A stretch of DNA of 64,000 nucleotides. Origin: Christensenellaceae bacterium (GTDB taxonomy: Bacteria; Bacillota; Clostridia; Christensenellales; Borkfalkiaceae). Positions within the stretch are counted from its first letter, which is position 1; the number at the start of each line of letters is the position of its first letter. The stretch is taken from the NCBI GenBank assembly GCA_045639245.1, contig JAZUCS010000011.1, positions 4,380-68,379 on the forward strand, written 5' to 3'. Position numbers and translations under genes: made by a program. The notes below the pieces were generated by a model that had not been told where the DNA came from, ran no database searches, and saw only the letters and a program-made list of their open reading frames with translations. Positions 63,415 to 64,000 of this stretch are shown in pieces.

Positions 63415-64000
63415 TTATACTATCCTCTTAAACCACTTATCTATTTCCGTTCTTGAAATTTTAACGGCAATCGGTCTACCATGTGGGCACTTAAGTCCAA
63501 AATTATTTTTAATACCCTCTAAAATAACGTTGGTATCCTCTTTCGAGAGTTTGTCTCCCGATTTAATTGCTGATTTGCACGCTTTTTGAGCAATCTTATC
63601 AAAGAGTAAATCCTTAATATCAAGTTTTTTTAATGAGTTTATATCAATAAGTACTAAATCAAAGAACTTTTGAATATTGATTTCAGATAAAATTAATGGG
63701 ATAGTTGAAATTTTAAAAGAATTTCTCCCAAACTCTTCTATGTCCATGCCAAGATTTCTAAAAAAAGATAATCTTTCTATAATGAAATCACTTTCATTCT
63801 CGTTTACTTCTAAAACGTAAGGTAAAAGCAGAGACTGGATTTCTAGTTTATCGAAGATAAAACCCTCTTTTAGTTTGTCGAATATAATTCTCTCGTGCGC
63901 AGCGTGTTGGTCTAAAAGATAAAGGTCTTCGCCGTCTTCAAAGAGTAAAAAAGTGTTTAACGCTTGACCTACGTAAGTTAAATTTTTATCGAGTTTAATT
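63415..64000 (-). CDS. mutL: DNA mismatch repair protein MutL, C-terminal part (5' end beyond window)
   Basis: I translated the frame upstream of the listed Met at 63747. It stays open to the window edge and reads ...GQALNTFLLFEDGEDLYLLDQHAAHERIIFDKL..., the MutL C-terminal dimerisation and endonuclease motif. It ends ...HGRPIAVKISRTEIDKWFKRIV. Confidence 0.9.
   Translation of the reverse strand, partial: IKLDKNLTYVGQALNTFLLFEDGEDLYLLDQHAAHERIIFDKLKEGFIFDKLEIQSLLLPYVLEVNENESDFIIERLSFFRNLGMDIEEFGRNSFKISTIPLILSEINIQKFFDLVLIDINSLKKLDIKDLLFDKIAQKACKSAIKSGDKLSKEDTNVILEGIKNNFGLKCPHGRPIAVKISRTEIDKWFKRIV

Noticed and set aside
1-64000. CRISPR arrays, rRNA genes, IS elements/transposases, toxin-antitoxin or known defence-system genes
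   Set aside because: Reading through the intergenic regions and the ORF list, I found no regularly spaced direct repeats, no rRNA-like sequence, and no transposase, nuclease-helicase or reverse-transcriptase-like ORFs. A computational repeat search would be needed to exclude short degenerate arrays.

Overview
AT-rich chromosomal segment of an endospore-forming Firmicute, most likely a Clostridia-type organism. The evidence is a complete spoIIIAA-AH operon, spoIVB, ytfI/ytfJ-like genes and an IspH-S1 fusion. The window has two parts. (1) nt 1-27.9 kb is a single same-strand accessory carbohydrate-utilisation locus of 20 ORFs. Its predicted cytoplasmic set is a GlpT/UhpC-like MFS transporter (cut by the window edge), a GH94-like glycoside phosphorylase, two tandem CE4 deacetylases, two CapA-like metallophosphoesterase-fold paralogues, two alpha/beta-hydrolase paralogues (one lacking the Ser and His of the triad), an SGNH esterase and a GH28-like enzyme. 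It also carries an AraC regulator, a very large lipoprotein solute-binding protein with two ABC permeases and no ATPase, and four exported proteins of 1244, 700, 242 and 742 aa with no recognisable catalytic family. It ends with a truncated FN3/GH28 fragment translationally coupled to a full FN3-GH28 enzyme. (2) nt 28-64 kb is core genome. It holds an orphan trpB behind a Trp (UGG) T-box leader, tRNA-Trp with a degenerate tRNA-3'-end-like relic beside it, proC, rnhA, cmk, plsC, ispH-S1, spoIIIAA-AH, asp23, nusB, folD, ispA, nadK, argR, recN, spoIVB, two DD-carboxypeptidases, lysA, scpAB, rluB, a membrane-tethered PadR-type regulator, a Xer-like recombinase, a LexA orthologue whose autocleavage residues are substituted, a ynbB-like gene, miaA and the 3' part of mutL. 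I saw no rRNA, CRISPR array, transposase or recognisable defence gene. The best candidate for new biology is the glycan locus: cytoplasmic CapA-like enzymes sit inside a phosphorylase/deacetylase/esterase/GH28 battery, and every extracellular component is uncharacterised. The predicted non-cleavable LexA and the promoter and leader architecture around xer and lexA come next. All calls rest on reading motifs by eye; no database search was possible.
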